Shown: positions 1 to 13,290 of the stretch, piece by piece
How positions within the stretch are numbered: position 1 is the first letter of the stretch
Layout: the number at the start of each line of letters is the position of its first letter
NCBI RefSeq assembly: GCF_018977255.1
Contig: NW_024704743.1
Location: 43,960,001 to 44,024,000 of the forward strand
DNA from: Callorhinchus milii
Lineage: Eukaryota
DNA length: 64,000 nucleotides
Reading direction: 5' to 3'
The notes under the pieces: generated by a model
The model's database searches: none
Told to the model about the DNA's origin: nothing
The model's input: only the letters and a program-made list of their open reading frames with translations
Program-made: the position numbers and the translations under genes

Positions 1-92
1 TGTTAGCTAACAATGCATCCACATACTGTTCCACTTGTCATGAACTGTGACCATATCTGACTATTGTGGGTGGAATTACAGCACTGAACTGT

Positions 93-321
93 AATAATAA
101 TAAACCTTGCATTTGATAAAATGCTTTTCACTTCTTCTAGACATCTCAAAGCACTTCACAGAATATACTGTAAAGTGAATTGACTATATTTGTGGGCGAA
201 ATGCGGCAGCCAATTGCACACAGCAGTGTACCACAAACAGTCGTGATTTTAAAGTGACCAAATCGAACTCACGTCTCTCACTTGCAAAGCGAGTGCTCTA
301 ACCACTGAGCTACAGGACTCC
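93..321 (-). mobile_element. tRNA(Ala)-derived SINE, internally deleted copy (tRNA head joined directly to the 3' module)
   Basis: Minus strand begins GGAGTCCTGTAGCTCAGTGGTTAGAGCACTCGCTTTGCAAGTGAG (A box, TGC anticodon-like loop) and ends in the family tail ...AAATGCAAGG(TTA)n; the central module of other copies is missing. Confidence 0.9.
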
Positions 322-879
322 ACTGTAGCACCTACTTAAAATTTATTACCCACTATAATTTCTTTAACCCTTTATCCGACATCATACCTAAAAGCTTTTT
401 ATCTTAGTGGAAGGTTGTGAGCTTAGCATTTTATTTGGTTGAAAGATCTTCTTCCTCTGTTCATTTTTAATGCATGGAGATCGTTGTGTTACATTACTCT
501 TGTCAATCCAAATTTCTATCTCTTTTAGATCTTGGATTTCCAGTAGCATTTCTCTTCCGTCTCATGTGGCTTTATATATTTAGATGACTTCCAACAGAAA
601 TTGTTCATTTCCTCTGCCTTCATTCTGCACCACTGTCAAATCAAATTTGATTCAATTGCTGTCTAAAAATAAAGTTCTGTTTTATCTTAGTGGAGATTGA
701 AAGAAAAGCTGTAGACCCTGAATCTTTGAAATAAAAACAGAAGATTTCTGCAAATGTACAGTGGGTCAATTAGCTCCTGTAAGTGAAATATGATTCACCA
801 TCAGTGCTGAAAATGATAACCTGTATTTTTCTCTCTCAAACGCTTATTGTTATAATTTCCAGAATTTTCTGGGCTTGTT

Positions 880-1951
880 ATCCCCTAGTCATTCTCCTAA
901 CACAAACCTCAGTGCCTTTCATATCTGGAACAAAAAATCTCCCCGCAATCCCTCTCCGCTGTCCTGGAGTCATCTGAACTGGCCTACCTCCTGCACTGAT
1001 TTATCCTCCTTGTTCACTCTTCCACAATTCCCTCTCTACCACTCACCTCAACTCCCAAACCGCCTCCTACTCACAAAGCTCACCCTGGTACAGCAGCCAC
1101 CTCTGCTCCCCCAAGGGTCAGGTGTGGGCCCCCGAACACACCTGACTCAAATCTGACCTAACAGTTCATGGGCAGATCTGGCTGGATCACATCAAAACAT
1201 ACCACTCTGCCCTCGCCTTCGCCAAATAATCCTTCTACTCCAAGATAATCTTGGAGACAAAAGATAACCCCAGACTCCTATTCTCCAACACCAACCGGCT
1301 CCTCCGTCCACCCTCCCACCCCTCGTCCATTCTCTCCTCAAACTCTGACTGTGAGGAGATGCTGGATTTCCTCGAGTCCCAAATCAAGGGGATCCGTTCA
1401 GCTGCCTCCACCCTCCCAACCACCACTCCCTCCCCATCTCCCTCCCACACTCCAACTCCTACCCATCCCTTCCTCCGCATTTTCAAATCTGTTTCCCCCT
1501 CCTCTCTCATCACCACCATATACAGCATGAAACACATCATCTCCTCCCTTGACCCCATCCCCATCCCACTCCTTACCTCCCAGCTTCACCCCCTCGCTCC
1601 TCTACTCTCCAACACCATCAATCTCTCCCTTTCATCTGGCACCATTTCTATCCCACTAAAAACAGCTACAAGCGCTCCCATCCTGAAAAAACCTTCCCTG
1701 GACCCATCCCTGCTTTCTAACTACCTACCCATCTCCAACCTCCTTTTTCTTTTGAATGTCCTTGAAAGAGTCGTTACTTCCCAGCTTCATTCATTCCTCT
1801 CCTACCACTCCCTTTATGAGCCCGTCCAATCGGGTTTCCATGCTGATACATTCAGAGCACAGAAATTGCTCCGGTCAAGGTGACATATAACATTTTGTCC
1901 ATCTGTGACCAGGGTTCTCTCTGCATCCTTGTCCTCCGCGACCTCTCTGCC
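880..1951 (+). mobile_element. L2 LINE ORF2 fragment (linker plus start of reverse transcriptase), decayed
   Basis: ORF 1251-1883 contains LKTATSAPILKKPSLDPSLLSNYLPISNLLFLLNVLERVV...QSGF, the L2/CR1-clade pre-RT signature; homologous to 58400-59200 and 63300-64000. Confidence 0.9.
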
Positions 1952-2149
1952 AGCATGCTTCCATTGCCTCACCCAAAGAGCTGTTCTTCACATCTTTGCC
2001 GGAATAGTAAACAGCAGCAAACTTTATAACTATGGGATGGATTCATAGCTATGCTCAACTCTTTCCTTACTTGGTGTCCACATTGTCATCTTTTTAATGA
2101 AGCCACTGCACAGTGATCAAAACAGAAACCCTTGTTATTTTTTTCCTTC

Positions 2150-2605
2150 TTAACCCAGGGTTGCTGAGGTCAATTGTGGAGTCCATTACTGCTGTTCCAG
2201 TTGAGATGAGCTAAGCCAGTGTAGACTACACGCTGGGACTATCCTGATCAGTAAAGTTTGCTTTTACTCATAGTTTTAAACAACTGAATTGTTGAGCCAG
2301 AGGATTACAGCAATAGTTTTATTGTAGATACTCCCAGGGGGAGATGGTGAGAGAGAAGGGAATAGAGCATCAACAATCGCCATCTGATATCTACACAAGA
2401 GGCATTCCAGCAAAAGTCTCTTAATGGAAAGGAGTGGAAACACTGGTCAATTTTTCTCCACCTTAACTCAGTTGGGATGAGTCAAATGTAAGGCCCCAAC
2501 TGAGATTACCTAATTTAGCACAACCTGGAACTGTAATTGTGACTTTCTGCTCTGTATGGATCAGTACTGCACTAAGTAGCCCCTTTACCCAATTAGGCCA
2601 CTGAG
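2150..2605 (-). mobile_element. Ancient SINE remnants (two related, degraded segments)
   Basis: Segments at about 2180-2290 and 2490-2600 resemble each other (c/tgagat..gctaa...ctgtatggatcagtactgca); minus strand shows a degenerate tRNA-like head. Confidence 0.35.
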
Positions 2606-4537
2606 TGCTAACTGGTGACATCTTAAATGCATCTTTCCATGAGCAGCAGATTCTACTATTTGGGCCAATGTGCCATGAGTCCACCAGCATGTCCCAAAAC
2701 AGCCCGAATGAGCAGGTTTGTTAGAAAGCTGGAAGAAACATCCTTCTCTTTTCAAAGTGTCAGGTTGACTTTAACGTCCACCTAAACAGACAGACTCATT
2801 AACTTCTCATCTGATAAACTAAACACAAGACATTACAGATGTCAAATGGCCTTGCATTTATAAACAAAGAATTTTCTTAATACTGTTGTGAAGCTGAAGT
2901 TGTGAGCCAGCCTTTGGATTTACACCACTGTTTTTGGTTTTTTAGTTTAATTTACTTGGGACGTCCTCCAGACGTGAAAGGGCTATACAAATTTTATTTT
3001 GTTGTTGTTGTTCTGAAATGTAAGGTTACAAAGAAATGTCAAAAATTCTTAAATGCAGTTTTAATCTCAAAGACAGTTTCCCAGTTCTTTTTAATATCTT
3101 CTTCCATATAACATTTCCAGTACTGCCTTGCCACAGAAGATGCATAAAATGAAACATCCCTCAATCTATGTAACTGCTTTTCTTGTGCCTCCAGAGAATG
3201 AGAATTCACATAAATCAGCTTTGTAAAGTGATCCAGGGCTGAATCATGTGTGATTATCTCAATAATCATATTTATTGAGCTCAAAGTATTCCTAGGGGAT
3301 CACAGAAGGCTTACACTTTCCCATAAGGGCATAACAAGAGAATGAATATGAAGAGGCATAATACAATAGTAATCAATACAGATAAATGCAGATACAAGCT
3401 GAAAACTCAGTTTAAAAAGCATTAATGAAGAGGAACATAGGAACAGGAGGAAGCCATTTGGACCATCGAGCCTGTCCCACTAGGAAAGTGGGAAGAACAG
3501 TTGGGATGAATAGTATGGATGAATAGAACTGGTGCACATTTAAATGAATAGCATGAAATTTACCTGTAATTTATCCACATTTCTATTTCTATCATCTCAA
3601 TATTCTTCATTGTAGGTGTTGCTTCGCATGACATTGAAATTGTTCATGTGATTCAGAAAGTAGTAAATCGTGTTAATATATTTGCAATTAATATTCTGTT
3701 GATTCCTGTTTAATTACCTTTAATTTATAAACAATAGGGTAAAATTTGTTACCATTATTATGGCACAATTTAAATTACTAACATAATTACAATTACTAAT
3801 TTAATTTCAATTACTAGAACTACAACTTCAGAGTGGAAGAAGGTAAACCTCCTTCGGGGAGAGAGTTGGATGTCAGACGCGTTATCCTTGTATAAAGTGC
3901 TTCTCTTCAAATGGAATTGTGTTTCAGATATTCAAGAACTCTCAGCAATTTTGCAGTATTTCTCTCCTCGCTCATGTCCAATTGAACTCTTCATATCCAA
4001 GGGTAATTCATGAGTTTCACCTTTAAACTTTATTAAAAACATTTAGTAATGGGCTAACAGAACACAAGAGATGGGCTAGAGAGCACAATAAATCAGCAAA
4101 TCAAAAGTAATGGAGACAACACATGAGAGAGACGAGGTTAGATGCAGATAATTGATTGGTAAACAGAGAGAGCAGATAGAATCATAGAACCATAGAAATC
4201 TACAGCACAGAAGAAGGTCATTCAAATCATTGTGTCTGTGCTGACTCTTTTGAACAGCAATCCTATCCATCCTATTTACCTGCCCTTCCCCCATACCCCT
4301 GTATCTTACTCCTTTTTAGATATCTAAAGATTGGACTTAAAAAAATCAATTGAACAGGAAAAGGACAATGTAGAAAGCACGAGAGTCGTAAAAAGTCCCT
4401 TGAGACAGAATGGATCTCAATAATCAGGGAACCCCATGTTCAAGGTCTCTTGCAACTCCAACGAAAGAAACAGGACACAGGCAAAGAGTGGTAACAAAAA
4501 AGATCCAACAGATAATGAGAGGCTTGCTGAATTTGTA

Positions 4538-4746
4538 GCAACAACAACCCGCATTTATATAGCGCCCTTCATTTGGATAGCGTCTCAGAGTTCCTAACAG
4601 CAGGGTGGTTTGACGCCAAGGGGGATAGAGAAGGGAGGTGGCCAAGGCAAGTTCAAAGAGAAAGGTCTTCAGGTGTGATTTGAAGACAGGCAAAAAGGGG
4701 CAAGATGGAGAGATTGAGGGAGGGGGTTCCAGAGATTTGGTGCCAC
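4538..4746 (-). mobile_element. L2 LINE 3' end
   Basis: (CAA)n followed by gcatttatatagcgccc tail, then the reverse complement of the ORF2 C-terminus (FKSHLKTFLF). Confidence 0.8.
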
Positions 4747-5561
4747 TTTGTAGTTTACTTTTTCTAGATCCTCTTTTTGATTATTTCCCGTCCTGCCTGT
4801 GCCATCCAAAGCAGCTCACATTTTCTGCCTCAGACCATAAAAATGAGAATGAAAATGTTCTTGTTCTTGCCTGTTGCCAGTAACAGATGCTAATTTTATT
4901 CTATTAATTAATTTTATGCAATCTGAAAAGCAAGAGAAAATCTGCATTCAATGCAATTCACATTTTCTTCATTCTTTTAATTTTACTTCTTCAAATCCAC
5001 ATAATTTGATTGATTTATTGATATTTGTTTTTATAGATGTTTTCCTTCATTGTAGTTCTTCACTGTTTAATTATATTTAGGTCTTGCTAAGTCGCTTTCA
5101 TTTTGTCTCTTTTCACATTGTTTTATTTAAGCATTTCCTTTGGAGACTCCAGTGCAGTAGCAAAGATGTCAAAGGAATCACAGGAAAGAGATCAGGGCAG
5201 CAAACAGCAATCAGGCGACTGCTTATATTAGGAGCAGTGGGAACAGCAGCAGAAGAATGTCAGAGCCCAGGAGAAGGAGAGCAGCTTGTCAGGGACATTT
5301 GATGCTGGATGAAAATGAACTCTTACAGATTTATTGGAGAAATTCACTCTCCATTCACCTTCACCTTTTCAGTCAGGAAACAGTACTTCAAACACAACTG
5401 AAATGTGTTCAATTATCGGTGTCTTGTTTTAGGATGTACGACGTTTAATAAAATTAAGAACCGGACAGCAGGTCAAAAACTGTGAGTGGCGGCCTCTGTA
5501 CTGTTCACCAATTTCATCCCTGCCTTATCCATATCCTCTAATTACCAACTAGTGACTGTAA

Positions 5562-5872
5562 GAACACAGGAACAGGAGTCAGTCATTCAGCCCCCTGAGC
5601 CTGTTCCGCTATTCTATTAGATCATGACTGATCTGTACCTCTACTCCATTTACCTGCCTTTGCTCCATATCCCTTGATACTCTGACCTAATAAAATTCTA
5701 TCCACCTCAGTCATGAAAATGTGAATGGATCCAGCATTCACAACCTTTTGGGGGACAGATTTCCAGATTTCCACGATCCTTTGTGTGAAAATGTGTTTCC
5801 TGATTTGACTCCTAAGTGGCCTAACTCTAATTTTAAGATTATGCCCCCTTGTTCTGGATTCCCCCACCAGAC
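5562..5872 (-). mobile_element. CR1 LINE 3' end (ORF2 C-terminus plus 3' UTR)
   Basis: ORF 5622-5963 reads ESRTRGHNLKIR...FTQRIVEIWKSVPQKVV...IKGYG, the canonical CR1 C-terminus; tail agaacacaggaacaggag. Confidence 0.9.
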
Positions 5873-7604
5873 TATCCTCCTTTGGAAAGGCAAGTGGGAA
5901 CAGATATACAGAAATAGAGAAAAAGAGAGTAGTTATAATTAGAGATAAGAGAAAGGGTAACAAGAAAGGTGTTTTGAAAATATGTGAGTTAAGAGAGAGA
6001 ATGATAATGTTTTTTAACCTGCCGTCTTGTCAAGAAGCCTCCCTTTTCTTCTAATCAGAGGGAGAGGAGGTAATGGTGAGGGGGTCATAATTCCTCCTAG
6101 TCCCTCAGCCCCATTTTTGCTTTCTTACTAATTTAGGAAAGCAAGCTTGCAAAATATTTCTCAAGAGGATACAAGAGTCCATGAAAGGGAGCTGTAGAAT
6201 GTTTGACACACATTTGGGAAGTCAACCTGTGTTAGTTAGGAACATAAGAATAAAAATAGCCATTTAGCTCTTCAATCTTGGTCCACCATTTTTTAGATCA
6301 CTAGATCATATTCTAATCCAAATTCCTCTCCTTTTTTTCCCCCATATACTTTACTATCCTTACTTTCCAAGTATTTTAACATCCCAACCCAGTCTGTATT
6401 TATAATCTTCTAGAGTGGTGCATTTCACATTGCCTCAGTAGTTTATGTGAAGAAATGAGTAATTAACTTCAAAATATTTTCTGACCTCAGTTCTGAAATC
6501 TTTTGAAAATTAACAATGTACAGCTTAATTTAGCTCTAAAGTGGTTAACCAGTTGTAAATGATGTTTTGTGATAGAATTGGTAGTAAGTAAACTAGCATC
6601 TAATTTACATTATAACAGGTCTGGGCACTAATATCCATCTTCGGAAAGATTCAATGGTACACAGGGAGTGTGCACACTTCCAATAAAACACAAGTTTATT
6701 GATTATCTGAGTAACAACCTCTCTATGAGGTTAACAGCACAGATACACAATCACTGGTTAGATCGCAGGGGACAAGTGTATTTCTTTTCAGGAGTTGGGG
6801 AAGACTTTGAAGAATCATAATACTTCTGCAGGGACAGCAGGGAAGCAGACCTACTTACAGTACAACTTATATTATTCATCTTTCACCCGTTGCCTTTCAT
6901 GGATGACATTTCAAAAGTCCCAGCAGCTCAGGAGCTTCACCAGTTAGCATCAGTTGTAATTTAATAATTTGTAGCCTCAAAACCATGGCAGCCATTAAAG
7001 ATTAAATGATGCAACTTTCAGGAGGAGTGCAATAGTATACATCCAATACAAATTAAATTATAAAATTAATCATTGATTAAACAATCGTTAAATCATAATG
7101 CTTTCGGGACTTATAAAACCCCATTGTGGCACTTTGTAAAAATATCCCCATTATGTTAAGGTCTATCAATATCATATTTTTAAACTGCAACAAAGTGTCT
7201 CTTCCATCTCCCCGTTTCATTTATTGGGTAATTGTATGATTGAAGATGGATGACTGATGATACGTGTACATTTCATAAAGCTTATAGAGTCTTGTTTTTC
7301 CATACAAGTATCCATCATATTTAGTCATAACATTGTTTAAAACATTAATTGGATATTTGAAGTTCTTACAATTTTCATTTGATATCTAAAGAAATTGTGT
7401 GCAGAATAAGAAGGAAAGCACTCAAAAAATAAATCTAGACACATTGCATATATTTTGATGCACAAATTAGAAAAAAACAAGATGGTCTATTGAGCTACTG
7501 CTTGGACCGATACAACTAGCCTCCTTTCCCTGAAAAAATAAATATTGTTTGGTTAAATTTACATAGTCAGAGGTCATCAGGTTCTCGTCTGTGTTCAGTG
7601 CTGA

Positions 7605-8030
7605 AAAACTTGTTGGAGATACCTGCTTTCCTTTGCAATAAAGGAATTAGTCTTCAGGAGAATATTGAGAAGACTAGAGAAATTATAGCATAAGTGGTAG
7701 ATAAGGTGTAATGCTAGTAAATGTAGGGCACTAAATTTCAGGAAAAAAGAAAATGAAAGAATAGATTCAAAAGTAAATTCAGTGGAGCTACAATTCTTGA
7801 GGTACAAAGCCATAAATCACTAAAAGTGGGACAACAGGTACAAAAAGACTGACAAGAAGCCGCGAGAAGTCAGATTGATAAACCATGTTATTGAAGTTAA
7901 AGTAAGGAAAACAACACTGAAATGGTATAGGGTATCAGTTAGGCTCCACCTGCAGTATTGTGTTCAATTTTGATTTCCCCACTTCAGGAAGGATGCCAGA
8001 GATAGAGAGGGTCCAAAGCAGGTTAACTAA
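7605..8030 (+). mobile_element. CR1 LINE RT C-terminal fragment, heavily decayed
   Basis: Translates with stops/frameshifts to LQENIEK...CNASKCRALNFR and YRVSVRLHLQYCVQF*FPHFRKD (cf. CR1 LVRPHLEYCVQFWSP). Confidence 0.8.
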
Positions 8031-9180
8031 CTGTCATGTTTTAATTGCTCCAAGATACTGCCCTGCGTGAAGGGCAAGTTGTTGTTGTTGGGATCCAGAC
8101 ACTAATCACTATAATTCATTGTTTAGAAACATTTTAACATAGAAGTTGGTGACACAATAGGTTACAATACTATCCTTTTTACCTCTGGAATGTGGGATCA
8201 AGCCAAGCCCAGACATCTTTGACAGTCTTATTACTCAAAAAGATATTAAGCACCCAAGCAATCTCAAGGTTGTTCAGAAGGGATGAGAACTCTCTCCAGA
8301 AACTTACTTTAATTATTAGGCGATACATAATGAAAGATTTTACTGAAAAATAAAGGGTCAAGTTGAAGCAGTAGATTGTCTGGATTAAACCAAACTATTT
8401 AGATAGCCTGAGAGAAGCTCCACATTGTATTAAGCTTCTGCAGATTATTAAATCTGACCAGGGAACGGGAACATTATTCCTAGACTCAAGAAGGAAAGTA
8501 TTGCAGGCCTCAGGACCATCATTCTTCAAAACAAGACAATGGATCATCTATTTGCACTGCTGAATGAGAACGTTATGAATGCCAAAGTCATCTAGAGTTC
8601 TTGATATTGGGACTGACATTCGCCCAGTTAATACTTTTAGTGACTACATGGACATTTATAAACTGAAATGAAGATCGGACAAAGAAAATTTGTCTGTGTT
8701 TAGTACCATCAGCATGTTTTTAACCTATAAAACCAGAGTTTGCAAAAGCAAAAAAATGGCCAGTTTAGGGGAACTATGACAGCACTGCACAGCTCAAGAC
8801 ACATTTAAAAGAGAGTTGTTCATGCTGGCTTATTACTCATATTAGTGAGTTCAACGATGGAAAAGTTTGAAATATTCATAGCAGTGAGGAAGAGTTTTCT
8901 GCATGAAAGCTAAGACGCATTTTTAGTACTTGAAAATCAGAACATTTTCATTCAACCTATTTTTGCTATACTCATCTAGCAGTGTCCGCAAATTTAAATT
9001 TATTGTAAAAATATCATGCCTTACAGTGGGTGTCAGTAATTTAATATTTGCAAACTATATTCAAGATGCTGACGACCTGATTCACCGGTAGGATGACTGA
9101 GACCACCACAAAGAGTTGACTTGATTCCAACATTCTGTGGCCAAACACGTCACCTTCGACAACAACAACAACAAATTACA

Positions 9181-9567
9181 GGAGTCATGTCACGTATTGG
9201 TTAGAGCACTCGCCTCGCAAGCAGGAGGACCTGGGTTCGATTCCCAGGCAGGGCAAAATATTAAGCAAGTTTCCTTACTTCACATAACTCTGTTTACCTA
9301 GCAGTAAGGGGGAACCCGGTTGTTATTTGATTGGCAGATCGCTTTTCCATGGGTAATAATCCCTTTAAAACAATAAATAAAATAATAATAATTTGGTCAC
9401 TCAATCCATGACTGTTTGTGGGACACTGCTGTGTGCAATTGGCTGCTGTGTTTCGTTCACAAAATATACAGTCAATTCACTTTACAGTATATTCTGTGAA
9501 GCACTTTGAGACATTTTGAACACGTGATAAGGTGCTATATCAAGTGCAAGGATAATTATTATTATTT
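9181..9567 (+). mobile_element. tRNA-derived SINE, long form (CORE/Meta-like centre)
   Basis: tRNA head with B box GTTCGATTCC; centre gcaagtttccttact...ctgtttacctagcagtaag; shared 3' module and (ATT)n tail. Confidence 0.9.
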
Positions 9568-10061
9568 GTAAAGCGTCTTTTACGTTGGGAGGATGGCCCA
9601 AAATATAAACTTCAGCCTGATTCGGTCAGACCTTTCTGTGCCAGGCCTCAGTTTGGGAAGGCCAAAAGGGTCAAAGAGTAAGGGATAAAAGATAAAATGG
9701 CTTTGTAATTGTGCAGGCAATCGGAGGAAGAGGGGAACGAATGGGTCAAAACCAAGAGAAAAAAGGCAGGAGAGAATGCAAAGCAAGAAAACTGAATGTC
9801 GTCAGCTGACTGCACAAAATAGAAGGTAGAGTCTCAGATGTGGAGAATGGAAGAAGTAAAAAAAACAGAAAAATATAAATCAATAGTCATTTGAGTGAGA
9901 GAACAGGGAATGACGCTGTAAATGACTTCAAAGCTCAAATGCATCAGAGGACAAAAAAAATTATAGAAAAGTTGAGTGATAGCAGGACACTGTCTCAAAA
10001 CAAACAGCTGGTGCCAGGCAGCATAATGTATTGTATAGGTAGCTGGTGTTGGGGGAAGTAG

Positions 10062-10322
10062 CAACAACAACAACAACAAGATTTCATTTATAGAGCGCCT
10101 TTCATGTCGGGAGGACGTCCCAAGGCCCTGGACAGTTGGGTCAGGACCCGAGCAGGGGAGAAATGGTCAAGGTGAGGGGAGGGAAGGGAGGGAGCGGGGA
10201 GGGGGTAGACAGTCGAGAGGGGAGCTGAAGGCACGGTCAAAGAGAAAGGTCTTCAGACTGGCCTTGAAGGAGGAAAGGGAGGAAGCAAGGCGAAGGCACT
10301 GGATGATGGAATTCCAGAGCAG
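10062..10322 (-). mobile_element. L2 LINE 3' end (young subfamily)
   Basis: (CAA)n + atttatagagcgcctttcatgtcgggaggacgtcccaagg; near-identical to the reverse complement of the 62560-62625 tail. Confidence 0.88.
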
Positions 10323-11076
10323 TGATTCCTGATACCAATCATTCAGAGTGGTCCCAGGCTACAGGAGTGGAAAACAATAAAAGCACTGACAGTAAACCCA
10401 GCAAATCAACTTTTTATTTCTTATGCAACACTACAAGTACAGAGAGTGTTTACGGTAAGAAAAGCAAAGTAAGAACCCTTGCATAATATGAACTGTATAA
10501 TTCTCTTTCATTTTAAGAACATTTATAAATGTCTTCTTAGGTTAAAAATCATTTTTTTAAAAGTCATGTTCGTGATAAATAATGTACAGAAAGAGCAGGC
10601 TCAACAGAGTGGAAAAGCAACATTTAGATTTTACAAAAACAAACCTACTTTACAGTTTGGGGTTTTGTCGCTGAACCAAGAAATCAAGAATTCTACACTC
10701 CACAGCTAGATTTATAGGTAGTATGGGTTTGTACCATTCAGGTGGATTGCCAAGACACTTGTCATTATTGGTGCAATTATCCCAGCAGTAATTAGAAACA
10801 ATATTTAGGAATACAAGTCATTCCTACAATCTGTTCATGTTAATTCAAAGAGTTCATCAAAATGAACAAACAAAAGTTGATTCAAAGTGCACTGGGGGCA
10901 GGGGGAATTCTTCATGTTTGATAGCTCAGCCTTAAGTAAAATTATCTTAAGTTGCTTCAAGATAGCAGGGCTGTGAACATGCATGTAGACTCTTTCAGCT
11001 AAGCCCAGAGGAAGAATTTTCAGGGATTGAGATGCAGAGAATGAAGAGCTCAAATGTATTCTGTGTGATATACACT

Positions 11077-11101
11077 ATATATATATATATATATATATAT
11101 A
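11077..11101. repeat. (TA)n microsatellite
   Basis: Directly visible. Confidence 0.9.
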
Positions 11102-11754
11102 AATCAAGCAGCTTCTAGCTAGTTTTCTTTAAAGTCACCTCAAGAGGCCTGAGCATTGATTGTACTATATAAGGTACAATTCCATTCAGTTAAAAATGTG
11201 TCACATCCATATAGTTATCCTTTCTACCAGGGGTGTCCATTAAAATAATTATCTCATGGAAAACAGCACTGAAAAACAATGCATATTGCAATATCATGTA
11301 AGCAACATATGCAACAAAAGAAACCACCACCCACCAGCAAGTCTCTCAATTCTTTCTCTCACTCTTATCTCTGTGTGATCACACGGTGCCAGTTTCTCTC
11401 ATCTGTTGACAGAGAAGAAATGACTGATCCCAGCACGAAGGAGGAATAATATTACTGATGCAACATTGGCTACAAAGATCTGACAATTTACAGAACTTAG
11501 GTGTAACACTAGTGCTTATGAAAGCACTGTTAAATGTTTATGAAATACTTGTGCACAAGTATTTAACTCGAAAGACCTGATATTCGTGAGCCTAAAGAAG
11601 CTGAAATTTTTAAAGTATCAACTCAAACAGAAATGAAGGGTACAGAAGACATTTGTGCCCAGGAACAATGTTGCAGCAGCCACTGCAGGTATATTCCAGT
11701 GAGGGAGCGAGTGGCCCAGGACCAGAGAGAACATAAGAGATGCACATACAGTAC

Positions 11755-12008
11755 TAGACGTCCTTCGGATGAGATGTTAAATCGAGATCTTGTCTGCCTG
11801 TTCAGGTGGACGTCAAAGACGTTGGTGGACGTTAAAGATCCCATGGCACTATTCGAAAAGAGAAGGGAGTTCCTCCTGGTGTCCTAGCTAATAAATCCCC
11901 TAAATAAAATTGGTCACTCGCTCCATGGTTGTTTGTGAAGCACTTTGAGACGTCTCAATGACGTGATAAGGCACTATATCAAATGCAAGGACTATTATTA
12001 CTATTATT
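11755..12008 (+). mobile_element. Deu-domain SINE (DeuSINE/SacSINE1-like) fragment
   Basis: ttcggatgagatgttaaa...gtctgcctgttcaggtggacgt..aaagatcccatggcactattcgaa...gagttcctcctggtgtcct matches the DeuSINE central domain as I recall it; ends in the shared aaatgcaagg(att)n tail. Confidence 0.8.
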
Positions 12009-12977
12009 AGACAACATAGAAGGTCCACTGCAATGGAGTCAGCTCCTGAGAATTATAGAACCAATGAATAAGGAGGTTGAAGATCACAAAAGTGATGTAC
12101 ACCACATGATACTGAAAGACCTGTTGGCCCTCAAATATCATGGTAATGAGTCACAGTTAGTTGTGTGGTATTCCTCTGCTACAACAGGTAATCCTTTGCG
12201 TTTTTCTTGGTTTATGAGAAAGCAAATGGTACACTGTCAATTGAAGACACACTATTGTCAATTTTACATGCTGCATTACATTTATCAGTTCCATCAGTTG
12301 TGTTAGGGCAGTGTTAGGGTACACTACCTTAACACAACCAATGTATTGCCAATGCTCTGATGTGCTGGTGGATAAATCAGTGTGTAACATTATATCCTTT
12401 GAAAATATCATGCAGTTCATAAATAGTTTAATTATATAGTTGCCACTAATGTTTCCCACCTATAGCCCAGCATTGTAGTGACTTGGACAAGGTGATTCAG
12501 ACCATGGAAAATCTTAACTGTAAAACATTCACTCACTTATTATTGAATGCTCAATATCATGTTTATAATCTTTATTTTCACATGTCTTACTTTGCTTTAT
12601 GCATTACTTCTGATACTTCTCTGTCAATACAGCTTTTAGCAACTATTATTTAAACTTCCTTAATGTGTATCTATGTCTAAAGTCAGAAAATTAACATTTA
12701 CAGCTCAGGACATAATTCAGCCCATGTCTGTGGCAGTGCTAGTTTCCTCACTAGAGCCATCTTATCTAATTTAATTCCTGTGTTCATTGCCCCTTATTTT
12801 TTGTTACAATTCATTTTAATGCTGCTATTATAAACTCAGCTTCCACAACTATTTTGCAGTAAAGCCATTTCTAGTATGTTAGTGATCTTGCCAATCCACC
12901 AATATAATGGGAAATCCGATTAGCAGCCAACATCATCAATGATGCTACATAAACAACCAAACAAAACTTCAACCCAT

Positions 12978-13290
12978 GGAGTCCTCTAGCTCAGTGGTTA
13001 GAGCACCTGCCTCACAAGCGAGAAACCTGGGTTCAAATCCTAGCAGGTAGAAATCTCAGGCAAGATTCCCTACTCCACACGCCTGATAATAATCCTTCAA
13101 GAAAAAAACAATAATAAATTGGTCGCTTCAATCCACGTCCCTTTGTGGGACGCTGCTGTGCGCAATTGGCTGCCGCGTTTCGCCCACAAATATACAGTCA
13201 ACTCACTTTACAGTATATTCTGTGAAGCTCTTTGAGACGTCTAGAAGACATGAAAAGCGCTATATCAAATGCAAGGATTATTATTATATT
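12978..13290 (+). mobile_element. tRNA-derived SINE, short form, full length
   Basis: ggagtcct head, centre lacking the ctgtttacc...gatcgc segment, complete 3' module. Confidence 0.92.

Noticed and set aside
3928..4001. Plus-strand exon-like frame DIQELSAILQYFSPRSCPIELFISK
   Set aside because: Moderate splice signals only, no recognised homology and no linked exons
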